Source of the DNA: Macrostomum hystrix
Taxonomy: Eukaryota; Animalia; Platyhelminthes
NCBI GenBank assembly: GCA_950097015.1
Contig: CATNEN010000038.1
Coordinates: forward strand, 10,168,001-10,232,000
Direction of reading: 5' to 3'
DNA: 64,000 nucleotides
Within the stretch, counting starts at the first letter, position 1. Each line of letters begins with the position of its first letter. Positions 1 to 12,900 of the stretch are shown piece after piece. The notes under the pieces were generated by a model, which saw nothing but the letters and a program-made list of their open reading frames with translations, made no database searches and was not told the DNA's origin. The translations under genes were made by a program, and so were the position numbers.

Positions 1-925
1 CTCTGTCTCTGTCACTCTGTCTCTGTCTCTGTGTCTCTGTGTCTCTGTCTCTGACTCTGTGTCTCTGTCTCTCTGTCTCTGTCACTCTGTCTCTGTCTCT
101 GTCTCTGTCTCTGTCTCTGTGTCTCTGTCTCTGTCTCTGTCTCTGTCTCTGTCTCTGTGTCTCTGTCTCTGTCTCTGTCTCTGTCTCTGTGTCTCTGTCT
201 CTGTCTCTGTCTCTGCCTCTGTCACTCTGTCTCTCTGTCTCTGTCACTCTGTCTCTCTGTCTCTGTCACTCTGTCTCTCTGCCTCTGTCACTCTGTCTCT
301 CTGCCTCTGTCACTCTGTCTCTGTCTCTCTGCCTCTGTCACTCTGTCTCTGTCTCTCTGTCTCTGTCTCTCTGCCTGTGTCTCTGTCTCTGTCTCTCTGT
401 CTCTGTCACTCTGTCTCTCTGTCTTTCTGCGTCTGTCTCTGTCACTCTGTCTCTCTATCTCTGTCTCTCTGCCTCTGTGTCTCTGTCTCTCTGCCTCTGT
501 GTCTCTGTCTCTCTGCCTCTGTCTCTGTCTCTCTGTCTCTCTGTCTCTCTGCCTCTGTGTCTGTCTCTCTGCCTCTCTCTGTCTCTGTCTCTGTCTCTGT
601 CTCTGTCACTCTGTCTCTCTGTCTTTCTGCCTCTGTCTCCGTCACTCTGTCTCTCTATCTCTGTCTCTCTGCCTCTGTGTCTCTGTCTCTCTGCCTCTGT
701 CTCTGTCTCTGTCTTTCTGTCTCTCTGTCTCTGTCTCTGTCTCTGTCTCTGTCTCTGTCTCTGTCACTCTGTCTCTCTATCTCTGTCTCTCTGCCTCTGT
801 GTCTCTGTCTCTCTGCCTCTGTCTCTGGCACTCTGTCTCTCTGCCTCTGTCTCTGTCTCTCTGTCTCTCTGTCTCTCTGCCTCTGTGTCTGTCTCTGTCT
901 CTGTGTCTATGACTCTCTGTCTATC
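1..925. repeat. Compound CT/GT microsatellite, mainly (CTCTGT)n with CTCTCTGT, CTGCCT and GTCACT variants
   Basis: Directly visible tandem repeat that runs off the left edge of the window. It explains the SL/CL/SV ORFs at 39-1019. Confidence 0.97.
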
Positions 926-1493
926 TTTGTCTTTCCAACTATATTTCATTATAAAAGTGTTTTTTCCACGTGAAGGAAATTCTCACACTGTCTCAATTGG
1001 CTTAAGGCAGAGAAAATAGTTTATGTATGAACCTAACAGAACAGCCACCGCAGCTGTTATTATCTGCCAGCCATTGTTTTTCTGTGTCCATTACCAAATT
1101 ATTTTGTGTCTTGTCAGTGGCCTCTATAATTAGAAGGTTCAGCGCTAAATGCTCTGTCCATTTTAGTCTATCTTAGTCCATAGAACGATGCGAATAGATA
1201 GTTTGTACAATTTCAGAATTCGGAACACTTCATTCATGGCTTTCCCACACCAATTTAGGTGCTTTTAGCGCGAAGAAAAAACTGCATTAATTTTTGAGAC
1301 CATGAAGTTTTTACATCATGCAATGAAGCATATACTTGCACTCCTCTTAATTTGGTTCACTGGTCACCGAGGGACACTTTCTAGAATATTAATGCCTCTC
1401 AAATGCTTAAGTAAAATAAGCATTTGAGCCCATCAAAATGCGTGTACACCATGTTTCTAAAAATAGCAACACACCTGTATTTTACCTGGCGAA

Positions 1494-2314
1494 CTGACTG
1501 ACTGACTGACTGACTGACTGACTGACTGTCTGTCTGACTGACTGACTGACTGTCTGACTGACTGACTGTCTGACTGACTGACTGACTGTCTGACTGACTG
1601 ACTGACTGTCTGACTGACTGACTGACTGACTGTCTGACTGACTGACTGACTGACTGACTGACTGACTGACTGACTGTCTGACTGACTGACTGACTGTCTG
1701 ACTGACTGACTGTCTGACTGACTGACTGTCTGACTGACTGACTGTCTGACTGACTGACTGACTGACTGACTGACTGTCTGACTGACTGACTGACTGACTG
1801 TCTGACTGACTGACTGACTGACTGACTGACTGTCTGACTGACTGACTGTCTGACTGACTGACTGACTGACTGACTGTCTGACTGACTGACTGACTGACTG
1901 ACTGACTGACTGACTGACTGACTGACTGTCTGACTGACTGACTGACTGACTGACTGACTGACTGACTGTCTGACTGACTGACTGACTGACTGACTGACTG
2001 TCTGACTGACTGTCTGACTGACTGACTGACTGACTGACTGACTGACTGACTGACTGACTGACTGACTGACTGTCTGACTGACTGACTGACTGACTGACTG
2101 ACTGACTGACTGACTGACTGACTGTCTGACTGACTGACTGACTGACTGACTGACTGACTGACTGTCTGACTGACTGACTGACTGACTGACTGACTGTCTG
2201 ACTGACTGTCTGACTGACTGACTGACTGACTGACTGACTGACTGACTGACTGACTGACTGACTGACTGTCTGACTGACTGACTGACTGACTGACTGACTG
2301 ACTGACTGACTGAC
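1494..2314. repeat. (GACT)n tetranucleotide microsatellite with GTCT variants
   Basis: Directly visible; source of the SQSV ORF at 1457-2344. Confidence 0.98.
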
Positions 2315-2454
2315 TAATTCAGAGTAATTAAATTTGGCTAACAACTCATAATATCATAATTTAATCCTTATACTACTCATATCTTGCAAATGCAAGTAGT
2401 TAATAAATTAAGTTGTTTAGTCTTTCAAGGCACATATTATTCCAGCATACTTTT

Positions 2455-2700
2455 GAAAGCCGAAAAGCCCACTCTCGAAAGCACACTTTTTTAATAGCGC
2501 CCACCCAGTTAACCAAATGCCAGAAAAAATCAGAATCCGCAAGACAAAAAAATCGAAAAGTACTTCTACTGTCAACTCAGACTAGATGGCTATCTCAGGC
2601 AGGAGCGCTGTCTGCTTTCAACTACCTAAAACGTGGTTGGCGCCTCGCAAGTATTGTTTCGCATTTTCAGTTGCCGTAAACTGATTCTATTTTTTTCTGT
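2455..2700 (+). repeat. Dispersed repeat family A, copy 1 (second copy at ~8420-8665, same orientation)
   Basis: Shared blocks GCCCACCCAGTTAA, CTTCTACTGTCAACT.AGACTAG.TGGCT.TCTCAG, GAGCGCTG and CAAGTATTGTTT.GCATTTTC occur in the same order in both copies. Confidence 0.75.
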
Positions 2701-2814
2701 CCGTCTCTCTGTCTCTCTGCTCCAGCTGTAAAATTGTAGTGTGCCTGCATCAGTATCATGCTTTTTTAAATAAGCAACATTCCTGTATTTTACTGACTGA
2801 CTGTCTCACCTAAT

Positions 2815-3333
2815 GTCTCATCTCTTCCCTGTCTCATCTCTTCCCTGTCTCATCTCTTCCCTGTCTCATCTCTTCCCTGTCTCATCTCTTCCCTGTCTCA
2901 TCTATTCCCTGTCTCATCTCTTCCCTGTCTCATCTCTTCCCTGTCTCATCTCTTCCCTGTCTCATCTCTTCCCTGTCTCATCTCTTCCCTGTCTCATCTC
3001 TTCCCTGTCTCATCTCTTCCCTGTCTCATCTCTCCCCTGTCTCATCTCTTCCCTATCTCATCTCTTCCCTGTCTCATCTCTTCCCTGTCTCATCTCTTCC
3101 CTGTCTCATCTATTCCCTGTCTCATCTCTTCCCTGTCTCATCTCTTCCCTGTCTCATCTCTTCCCTGTCTCATCTCTTCCCTGTCTCATCTCTTCCCTGT
3201 CTCATCTCTTCCCTGTCTCATCTCTTCCCTGTCTCATCTCTTCCCTGTCTCATCTCTTCCCTGTCTCATCTCTCCCGTGTCTCATCTCTCTCCTGTCTCT
3301 TATCTCTCCTGTCTCATCTCTCCCCTGTCTCAT
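2815..3333 (+). repeat. 16-bp minisatellite (TGTCTCATCTCTTCCC)n
   Basis: Directly visible; the same family recurs at 45675-46280, 52845-53262 and 55345-55645. Confidence 0.97.
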
Positions 3334-4208
3334 CATTAGGGCTAATCAAGGACTCAAGGTACTTAGTGATTACTACCTATTGAATTCTAGAGTACCTGTC
3401 TCATCTCTGTTCGCTCTTGGAGTCTCACTTTTTCCCATAGGTTTTATGTATTAGCGTCACTAAAATTTGAAAATAGCTTTGCACAAGATACTGTCGATTT
3501 TTGCATTTATGTAAAATGAAAGTAAACTATTGGACAAGTTCAAGTTTAAAAAAATCACACAGTTTAATTTGTTTTGATGTATTAAAAAACGAAATACAAT
3601 TATTTTATTATTGAGGGCACGTCAAACATTTGTTGGAGATGTAAAATCTAAAATTAAATAAAAACAAGCTACTATTCTAAATAATTTTTTGATTCTATAT
3701 TATAAGCGCGATTGAGGAAATTACTAGAAGTACGTTAAAAAACTTCTACATAATTAATTTGTAAAAACGATCCAATTAAAAAATATTTATGTGAGGTTAA
3801 AAATATCTAGAGTATGTATCAACAGCATAGAAAACATATCTAGAGTAACTAATATTGGAAATTCGATTTCACTAGATAAAAAACTAAAGAAAAAAATTAA
3901 AAAAGTGTTTTTGTGTTTTTTGTTTATAAAATTGCTTTTATAAAATGTTCGTGAATTTAATAAGTTTATAAATATGTTATAATACGCTTCTAAAATAACA
4001 TAAAATATATACGTCGCCTTCATAAGGCGTCACTGATTATTAGCTGAAGGCAGTGTAAGCACTCCAAAATTAAAGTTCATTTCGCAACTCAATGAATCTG
4101 TTAGTTAATTTTGTTCTACGAGTATATAGACTGGAAGCTAAAAGTTTTCAGCTTGGTATCATCTTCTTGGCTTTGAATTATATATCTGTGATAGATTCAT
4201 CGTTTTGC

Positions 4209-7200
4209 CTAAAAAGCCATGGTGGCGGTCTTACGGTATTGGCAAATTATAAGAGCGATTATAATTACAAGACCGAAAAAGATTACTACGATCACTGGGC
4301 TTAAGTAGATTAACTCAAAGAGGCCAGTGGAACCTGCTGGCTTTTCCGATTCGTTTCTCTCGACGCTGCCGTCTGTGGGGGCTCTACTAATTGGTGTTGC
4401 AGTCGCTTTTCTAGTATCTGTAGTCTTGTCTGTAGTCGTGTCTGTAGTCCTGTCTGTAGTCCTGTCTGTAGTCTTGTCTGTAGTCCTGTCTGTAGTCTTG
4501 TCTGTAGTCCTGTCTATAGTCCTGTCTGTAGTCGTGTCTGTAGTCCTGTCTGTAGTCCTGTCTGTTGTCGTGTCTGTAGCCCTGTCTGTAGTCCTGTCTG
4601 TAGTCCTGTCTATAGTCCTGTCTGTAGTCCTGTCTGTAGTCCAGTCTGTAGTCCTGTCTGTAGTCCTGTCTGTAGTCCTGTCTGTAGTCCTGTCTGTAGT
4701 CCTGTCTGTAGTCGTGTCTGTAGTCCTGTCTGTAGTCTTGTCTGTAGTCGTGTCTGTAGTCGTGTCTGTAGTCCTGTCTGTAGTCTTGTCTGTAGTCGTG
4801 TCTGTAGTCTTGTCTGTAGTCTTGTCTGTAGTCGTGTCTGTAGTCCTGTCTGTAGTCCTGTCTGTAGTCCTGTCTGTAGTCCTGTCTGTAGTCCTGTCTG
4901 TAGTTCTGTCTGTTGTCGTCAAGACAGCCTCACAGGCCAATCCCGAGAAGCCGTCGCTGCAAAAGCAGACTCCGGTGATGCAGGACCCTCTGCCTGAGCA
5001 GTTGTTTGGACAAGCCTCTGCTAGCATTTGCTCAACTTTACTGGCATTAGTTCTCATGAGTGTTACATTGTAGCTCAGGCTTGTGATGCATCGGCCAGCA
5101 ATCGAGTTGAAAAGCGGCTCTGTATAATCAAATGTATTCAGTTGCATTGCGTATTGGATGCAAACTGTTCTGAACTGAGTAATGAAGTCCTGTTCGCCGA
5201 GGATTCCCTTCGTGATGGAACACTCTGTCACAATCGTGACCTTGGAGGTCATTGCTAACTGAACGTATTTGTCGCACTCCTGGGCGGCAAGCTCAGCAGT
5301 CACGTTGATGCTAGGTGACCGCTTCTTTACAACTTTATATTGTTTAGACTTGCTCAGAGTTGGCTCGGTGATTGATCGCCTTGTTCTTGAAGTTTCGTTC
5401 GCATTAATGACGCACCTCGAATTTTTAACCTTGTCATCGCACAGGCAAAAGTCCAGCGTACTTGTCGGCTTCATCAGGACCTCATTGACTCTGTCTGCGA
5501 CAAACTCATCCGAGAACATGTCTCTCGAGCTGCCCATTTCAATGGTGTCCGATGGCTGCCAATCTTCTGACCTTTGTCTGTACATTAGTCCATCTATCCT
5601 TGTCTCAGTGTCGTAGAAGCCAGGAACAATCATCACATCTAATGCGTCGTAGCCGTTCAAAACGTGGGTCAATCCGCTGTCACATTTGCTTTCAGTGATC
5701 GATTTTCGACTCGCAATGAATTGATGGATGCATTCAGCAACGCTTTGCCTCTCAAAGTGGGTGATGAAATCCCAAACATAAATTAGGGTACCATACAAAT
5801 CAAACTTGATCCGAACTCCAGTGCCTCCTTTTTCGACCGTAACGCCTCTTGGAAAACCGTCTTTGAGGGGCAGAGCACTTCTTTCAAGCTGTTTTGACTC
5901 CACTCTGAAATTCTTTTTAATGCTGTATGCTCGAATCAGGTGGTACTCGTACCTGACTGCCAACTCAGTAATCACCGAATGGAAGTTTACTTCAGAGGAG
6001 TAACATTCCTTGGCCTGAACTTCATAGGGAAGAACTTTGTGGCGCATCAAAGAGAAAACCCTGCAACCGTCAGTGTAGATGAAGGAATGGTAAGTTTTTT
6101 CAGAGTTTACCGGCTTAAAAAACGGATCGCTGTAAACGTGGAAATAGTCTTTGATCTCGCTCGAGTACAATGATGTAATGTTGATAGTTAGCTGTCTGGA
6201 CTGAAGTTTCACCCAGCTATCTGCGGTGTACACACCTTTCAGAGCAACGGAGCGGTAGCTCACATTGACCTCAATGAGGGGTGTCATTTGAGACCAGTCA
6301 AGACCTGTCACGATCAGACCTTCCTCATCTTGATTTATCAAAGTTATTGCTGTGCAAACTTCTGAGTAGCTAGCGCTCATGCCCTGTAAGTCTATTGTGC
6401 ATTTGTCACTGGTAATATTAGTGGTTTCATTGCTGACAATCGGCTGACTAGTCGCTACGGAAATTCCGTCTTCAGCAGCCAGTGTTTCTCGTCGTCCAGT
6501 GATTCGAAAACTGACAATACCTATTATTGGTACCTTGCTGATATTGATGCAGAGTTGAATCGGTTTCGATGGTGTCAGTACAGTTGCTGGCGCATTTGTG
6601 TCGGGATCCACTAAGTTGTACTGAAATTCAAATCGATGCGGCAATGAGCTGAGCTCCTCGGAGATGTAGTCGAATGTCTCCGAGTTGCACTTTGCCTGCA
6701 GCACACAATCCAGTGTGCCGCCATAGATATTGGAATGGGAAACTAGAATATTCTCGTAGTTGCACGACACTGTGGTTGTGACCTCGGCTGAGAGCGTCAA
6801 ATCGTTCGCTGTGCACTTTGAGATGGTGATTTGCGTGGAGTTGTGATAGGTGAGACGAAACATCACCCTGTAGCGAAGACCGCCAGAGAACTTTGTTGTG
6901 AAGGCGTCTTGAATCGAACAGCTGAAATTGCTGTTGTAAAAACTTGCACTTCTAGGAAAGTTAATCTGTTGCAAAACTGGCACGCGAACTGGTCCCGCAG
7001 CTCTGGCAGGCAGAATGTGGCGTTGTAGCATGGCTCGAAGCCGCTACCGTCAGCTGACACGAATCCTGACGCACATGGCTTTTTGTTACCGATGCAGTAG
7101 TGGTGGCTGCTTGTTGCTGTCGGACCCAGGAAGTACAAGTTAAATGAGGCGCACTGCAGAATTCTGACGTAGTAGAGTATATCTTCATTGTTGTAGCACC

Positions 7201-8182
7201 TTCCTCCGGATAGAGTAACGGGCGACAGTTTAGCAGAGTACAACTGCCTGTTAGCGTTCGCCTCCTGAACGATGTTGGTGACAATGTACGCACTGGAGCT
7301 TCCGCAGGCGTTTGTTGAGTTCGGACATGAGGTGGTCAGGTAGCCTCCAGCTGGTGACCTGAGTCTGTACCAACCGACAGACAGCGTAGAAAAGTCCACA
7401 CAGACTGTGGCGCAGGACTGGGTGTTGCTTGGGGCATGAGCACCAGTGGAGTCAATGATCTCGCGGGTGCTGGGGTTAGCGCACGGGTCTGAGCTTATGA
7501 ATGCCGTCTCGCAGCTTGTTCCGTAGAACTCGGGGGTGCAAACGCATCTCCAGCTTATTTTGTCAAAAGTGCCCCCGTTTAGGCACTGTGTTGTCGACAG
7601 GACTACGGTCGCTGGCACGAGCACTAGCAAATACCTGAAAGGGAAGTCATTTTCTAAATTGCTAGTTTGTTGAAGCCTATGGTGCCAAATAGTATCGTTT
7701 AGACAGACTAAATTCAGTAGAACCTGTAGTTGTATATAGCAGAACAACAAAAATCTATAACATTATCTATAGAAATTTAACTAATCACCTATCAATGAAT
7801 TCTGTTAAGTTCAAAGGAAGCCATCGACTAAAGACAGTCAAAAGTCACAATTATAGACATGTCATCTATCAATCATGTTTAAAGTAGTAAATTCAGCTTT
7901 CTAATGAAACAAACATTTTGAAAAGGTGTTGCACGATACAGACGTTATATTTTTTATCCAAGTAGTGCATCAGAATTTCCGATCTGCCATGTGTATTTTC
8001 GGAATAGTCATTCAGCCCCATGGTCCGGACAATGTGGGTTTGGTGGTGAGTTGTCTCACTGTAGACTCAGAGCTCTATGGTTGACCCCACACATAGCATA
8101 CCGGCCTTAAGACTAGAAGAAGTTACTTAATTGAGCTTAATTGAGTTACTCACCAGAGCAACGCTTCTGGGCTCTTCGCCAT
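4209..8182 (-). CDS. VWDE-like type I membrane glycoprotein: signal peptide, EGF, UMOD/GP2/OIT3-type Cys-rich domain, degenerate VWD, EGF, Thr-rich stalk, TM; frame break near 6940-6990
   Basis: Exon 8182-8154 (ATG...CTCTG|GTGAGT) joins the exon starting at 7634 (TTTCAG|G) to give the signal peptide MAKSPEALLWYLLVLVPATVVLS. Motifs follow in order: EGF CLNGGTF..CVCTPEFYGTSCE; DPC..GWYR..CP..CG..YC; VWD-like YSDPFF..LMRHKVLPYEVQ; furin-like RTRR; EGF CPNNCSGRGSCITGVCFCSDGFSGLAC; TTDR repeats; TM LIYLSPVIVVIFFGLVIIIALIIC; stop at 4209. ORFs 6863-7750 and 4209-7031 overlap in different frames. Confidence 0.8.
4412..4920 (-). repeat. Coding 12-bp tandem repeat encoding a (TTDR/TTDK/TTDT)n mucin-like stalk
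   Basis: Reads (GTCTGTAGTCCT)n on the + strand. It is in frame between the last EGF domain and the TM helix of the VWDE-like protein. Confidence 0.93.
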
Positions 8183-8419
8183 TATGTTTGAGCCTGCAGA
8201 GTTTGAAAAAATAACTGAATCGACATTGCATACGATAGGTCGAAATAAAATCATAGAATTACTAACATAGTAACTCACTCACGAATACTGTGTATCCAGG
8301 CACAAATACACGAATATCTCTATAGTCCGACGAATCTAGACAGTATGTTTTGCTTGAAAAAGAAGTTTCTTTATTAGCCTTGGGTTTAATTTCTCGCTAT
8401 TATATATATTACATTTTTC

Positions 8420-8665
8420 AAGCCAAGCTCTTTTCAAAAGCCTAATTTGTGCCCACCCAGTTAAACAAATTCCATAATAAATTTCAATTTCCGTAAGGCA
8501 AAAAGTGCTTCTACTGTCAACTTAGACTAGGTGGCTTTCTCAGACACGAGCGCTGCTATTTCAAATGCTCAAAATTATGCTGTATGCTCGAATAGCATAG
8601 TCGTACACACAAGTATTGTTTTGCATTTTCTAATTCTTTACACACTTATTCTAATTCGTCCCGTC
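8420..8665 (+). repeat. Dispersed repeat family A, copy 2
   Basis: Colinear similarity to 2455-2700. Confidence 0.75.
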
Positions 8666-9993
8666 ATAAATCTTCGCACAATAATTTCAGCAATTTTTTT
8701 CAATTATTTATGCAGCGAGTTGCTAGAAGGCTAGTTGGGCTAGTAAAAAATTATTCTGAAGTCTGTGATGCTGTCTAGACCTGATATTTAGGGTTAATTT
8801 GCTATTTTTAATATTGATTAAACTCTACCCAGTGGGACAGCATTTTGGGGCGCGGGGTGGGGCGCCGTGCGCGCCGCTATACGCCCCCCCGCCGCCTGGG
8901 CGCAGGGTTTTATTAACATCACTTTTTTCGCGGTTTTTTATCTTTTCGTGCTAGTACACGTGACTTGTGGTTGCAGAAAAATATTATTTCACCTTTAACA
9001 TGGCTGGTTGCTCTGAAATTTGGCAATATTGTTTGCATTATTTTCAAAATTTTCTGCTAAATTTTCCAATTTTTTTTCACGTATGTGAAAATATTTGGAG
9101 GAAGATTAATTCGCCATGTGCTACTATTAGTAGAAACGATAGGATACTGTTTCAGTCATATCCTATAGATCATTCCTTCCGAAAGACCTGTACATGTAGA
9201 CTGCAATTATATGACTTTGCATGACAACTTAGTGTAATAGCTAGCCAGTATATAAAACATGGTTGCTTCTAAATTTCTGTTTCCTCTACATTTATCATAG
9301 AGCATAGGGGGGCCATAGGGACTAAGGGAGGTCCCAAAATCGATTCCGTGCCTTCCCTAGATTCCCTAGATTCCCTAGATTAGTAGGGTGAGAGGGAGAT
9401 CAGTAGGGTGTGAGGGAGAGCATTAGTAGTGAGATGCAGTAGATTTCGCAGGTAATCCGAGTTGAATTGTATTAACGAATGTTCCCAGGTGTACAGGGAA
9501 GTCAGTTCTTAAAAATAATTTTAAGACAGTTCTTAATTATATATAATGCCATACGACCGCAAGGAATGTAATACTTCAGAACCAACTATAACTCCACAGC
9601 ACAGCATCACGCAACACAAAAACAAAAACAAACTACCATTAAAAAGCTAATTTTCTTAGTGTACTATATAACTTGACATTTTTGTTTAACTCAGTAAACT
9701 AATAAATTACAATATAACAGTGCCATGTATCTCAACGAGGAATTATATTTTTAGTTTTTCTTTATTTCATTTAATAAATTAGCTTTATACGCCAAACAAG
9801 GCAACCCAGAGATTGCTAAGCGATCGGGTCTTTTATTATCGGATTCCATATTTGATGGTCTCGACATCCAGAAGTCTGAGCATAATCTCAGGCTATAGTC
9901 TTCGAATGTCCCTTTAACAGTATGAAGACCACGAGGTTATTGAAAATAAGCACATATTTCTTATATTCGAAAAATAGCGTTGTCTTTCTACTG

Positions 9994-12900
9994 TCAAGCG
10001 GACCAGCAGCCAAGAAGTCCTCGCCTTGCTGAGCTTTCGGACTGCTGTTGGTCCGCAGCTGGCCCCAGTAAGACGGTGTCCCGGCAGCAATAGTTCGGCC
10101 ACTGACCGCCTAGGAGAGCTCGCAGGCTGCACTGCTCAATGGACAGGGTGGCAGCAGGCTGACCAGTTACCGACGCCTCGAGGAAGGCAGCCAAAGGTAG
10201 AAACTGCTGAGGCTGGCGAAAGTTAGTGTAGAAATCCTCAGCCAGGTGGAGCAGTCGGTCCGGCTCGGGCAGGGCAAACCTACCGCTATCCCCGCTCTGA
10301 TATTTATTATCTGAAGTTTCGGCAAAGTTTCAAACTGTTGAGTGCTCTATGGAGATACTTTTCATTACACAAACTTCAATCGAGCTTCGCATTTTTATGT
10401 TGCAAATAAGAAATGAAGAATTTGCGATGCTGCAAAGTAGGCCCCAGATGCGAGAATGATCAACTGCTAAAATCATAAGAATAGTCGACCCATTAATTCA
10501 GCTAAAAATAATCTTAAGAATAGCATTCAGAAGAATCGTCTCCTCAAGAATCGACTCCTAAAGAATCGTCTACTCAAGAATCGTCTACTCAAGAATCGTC
10601 TACTCAAGAATCGTCTACTCAAGAATCGTCTCCTCAAGAATCGTCTACTCAAGAATCGTCTACTCAAGAATCGTCTACTCAAGAATCGTCTACTCAAGAA
10701 TCGTCTACTCAAGAATCGTCTCTTCAAGAATCGTCTCCTCAAGAATCGTCTCCTCAAGAATCGTCTCCTCAAGAATCGTCTCCTCAAGAATCGACTACTC
10801 AAGAATCGTCTACTCAAGAATCGACTACTCAAGAATCGTCTACTCAAGAATCGACTACTCAAGAATCGTCTACTCAAGAAGCGTCTACTCAAGAATCGTC
10901 TACTCAAGAATCGTCTACTCAAGAATCGTCTACTCAAGAATCGTCTCCTTAGGAATCGTCTCCTCAAGAATAAGAATCGTCTCCTCAAGAATAAGAATCG
11001 TCTCCTCAAGAATAAGAATCGTCTCCCCAAGAATAAGAATCGTCTCCTCAAGAATAAGAATCGTCTCCTCAAGAATAAGAATAGTCTCCTCAAGAATAAG
11101 AATCGTGTCCTCAAGAATAAGAATCGTCTCCTCAAGAATAAGAATAGTCTCCTCAAGAATAAGAATCGTCTCCTCAAGAATAAGAATCGTCTCTTCAAGA
11201 ATAAGAATCGTCTCCTCAAGAATAAGAATCGTCTCCTCAAGAATAAGAATCGTCTCCTCAACAATAAGAATCGTCTCCTCAAGAATAAGAATCGTCTCCT
11301 CAAGAATAAGAATCGTCTCCTCAACAATAAGAATCGTCTCCTCAAGAATAAGAATCGTCTCCTCAAGAATAAGAATCGTCTCCTCAAGAATAAGAATCGT
11401 CTCCTCAAGAATAAGAATCGTCTCCTCAAGAATAAGAATCGTCTCCTCAAGAATCCTGTCCTCAAGAATAAGAATCGTCTCCTCAAGAATAAGAATCGTC
11501 TCCTCAAGAATCGTGTCCTCAAGAATAAGAATCGTGTCCTCAAGAATAAGAATCGTCTCCTCAAGAATCGTGTCCTCAAGAATAAGAATCGTGTCCTCAA
11601 GAATAAGAATCGTGTCCTCAAGAATAAGAATCGTCTCCTTAAGAATCGTCTCCTCAAGAATAAGAATCGTGTCCTCAAGAATAAGAATCGTCTCTTCAAG
11701 AATAAGAATCGTCTCCTCAAGAATAAGAATCGTCTCCTCAAGAATCGTCTCCTCAAGAATAAGAATCGTCTCCTCAAGAATAAGAATAGTCTCCTCAAGA
11801 ATAAGAATCGTCTCCTCAAGAATAAGAATCGTCTCCTCAAGAATAAGAATCGTCTCCTCAAGAATAAGAATCGTCTCCTCAAGAATAAGAATCGTCTCCT
11901 CAAGAATAAGAATCGTCTCCTCAACAATAAGAATCGTCTCCTCAAGAATAAGAATCGTCTCCTCAACAATAAGAATCGTCTCCTCAAGAATAAGAATCGT
12001 CTCCTCAAGAATAAGAATCGTCTCCTCAAGAATAAGAATCGTCTCCTCAAGAATAAGAATCGTCTCCTCAAGAATAAGAATCGTCTCCTCAAGAATAAGA
12101 ATCGTCTCCTCAACAATAAGAATCGTCTCCTCAACAATAAGAATCGTCTCCTCAAGAATAAGAATCGTCTCCTCAAGAATAAGAATCGTCTCCTCAAGAA
12201 TAAGAATCGTCTCCTCAACAATAAGAATCGTCTCCTCAAGAATAAGAATCGTCTCCTCAAGAATAAGAATCGTCTCCTCAAGAATAAGAATCGTCTCCTC
12301 AAGAATAAGAATCGTCTCCTCAAGAATAAGAATCGTCTCCTCAAGAATAAGAATCGTCTCCTCAAGAATAAGAATCGTCTTCTCAAGAATAAGAATCGTC
12401 TCCTCAAGAATAAGAATCGTCTCCTCAAGAATAAGAATCGTCTCCTCAAGAATCCTGTCCTCAAGAATAAGAATCGTGTCCTCAAGAATAAGAATCGTCT
12501 CTTCAAGAATAAGAATCGTCTCCTCAAGAATAAGAATCGTCTCCTCAAGAATAAGAATCGTCTCCTCAAGAATAAGAATCGTCTCCTCAAGAATAAGAAT
12601 CGTCTCCTCAAGAATAAGAATCGTCTCCTCAAGAATAAGAATCGTCTCCTCAAGAATAAGAATCGTCTTCTCAAGAATAAGAATCGTCTCCTCAAGAATA
12701 AGAATCGTCTCCTCAAGAATAAGAATCGTCTCCTCAAGAACCCTGTCCTCAAGAATAAGAATCGTGTCCTCAAGAATAAGAATCGTCTCTTCAAGAATAA
12801 GAATCGTCTCCTCAAGAATAAGAATCGTCTCCTCAAGAATAAGAATCGTCTTCTCAAGAATAAGAATCGTCTCCTCAAGAATAAGAATCGTCTCCTCAAG

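Noticed and set aside
39-3454. SL/CL/SV, SQSV and VSSLPCLIS ORFs (likewise those at 25916-26314, 38019-38400, 40307-40984, 44183-44864, 45469-46480, 52610-53275 and 56193-57131)
   Set aside because: Translations of micro/minisatellites or low-complexity tracts.
4327-5073. Hydrophobic VLSV-repeat ORF on the + strand
   Set aside because: Antisense shadow of the coding TTDR repeat of the VWDE-like gene.
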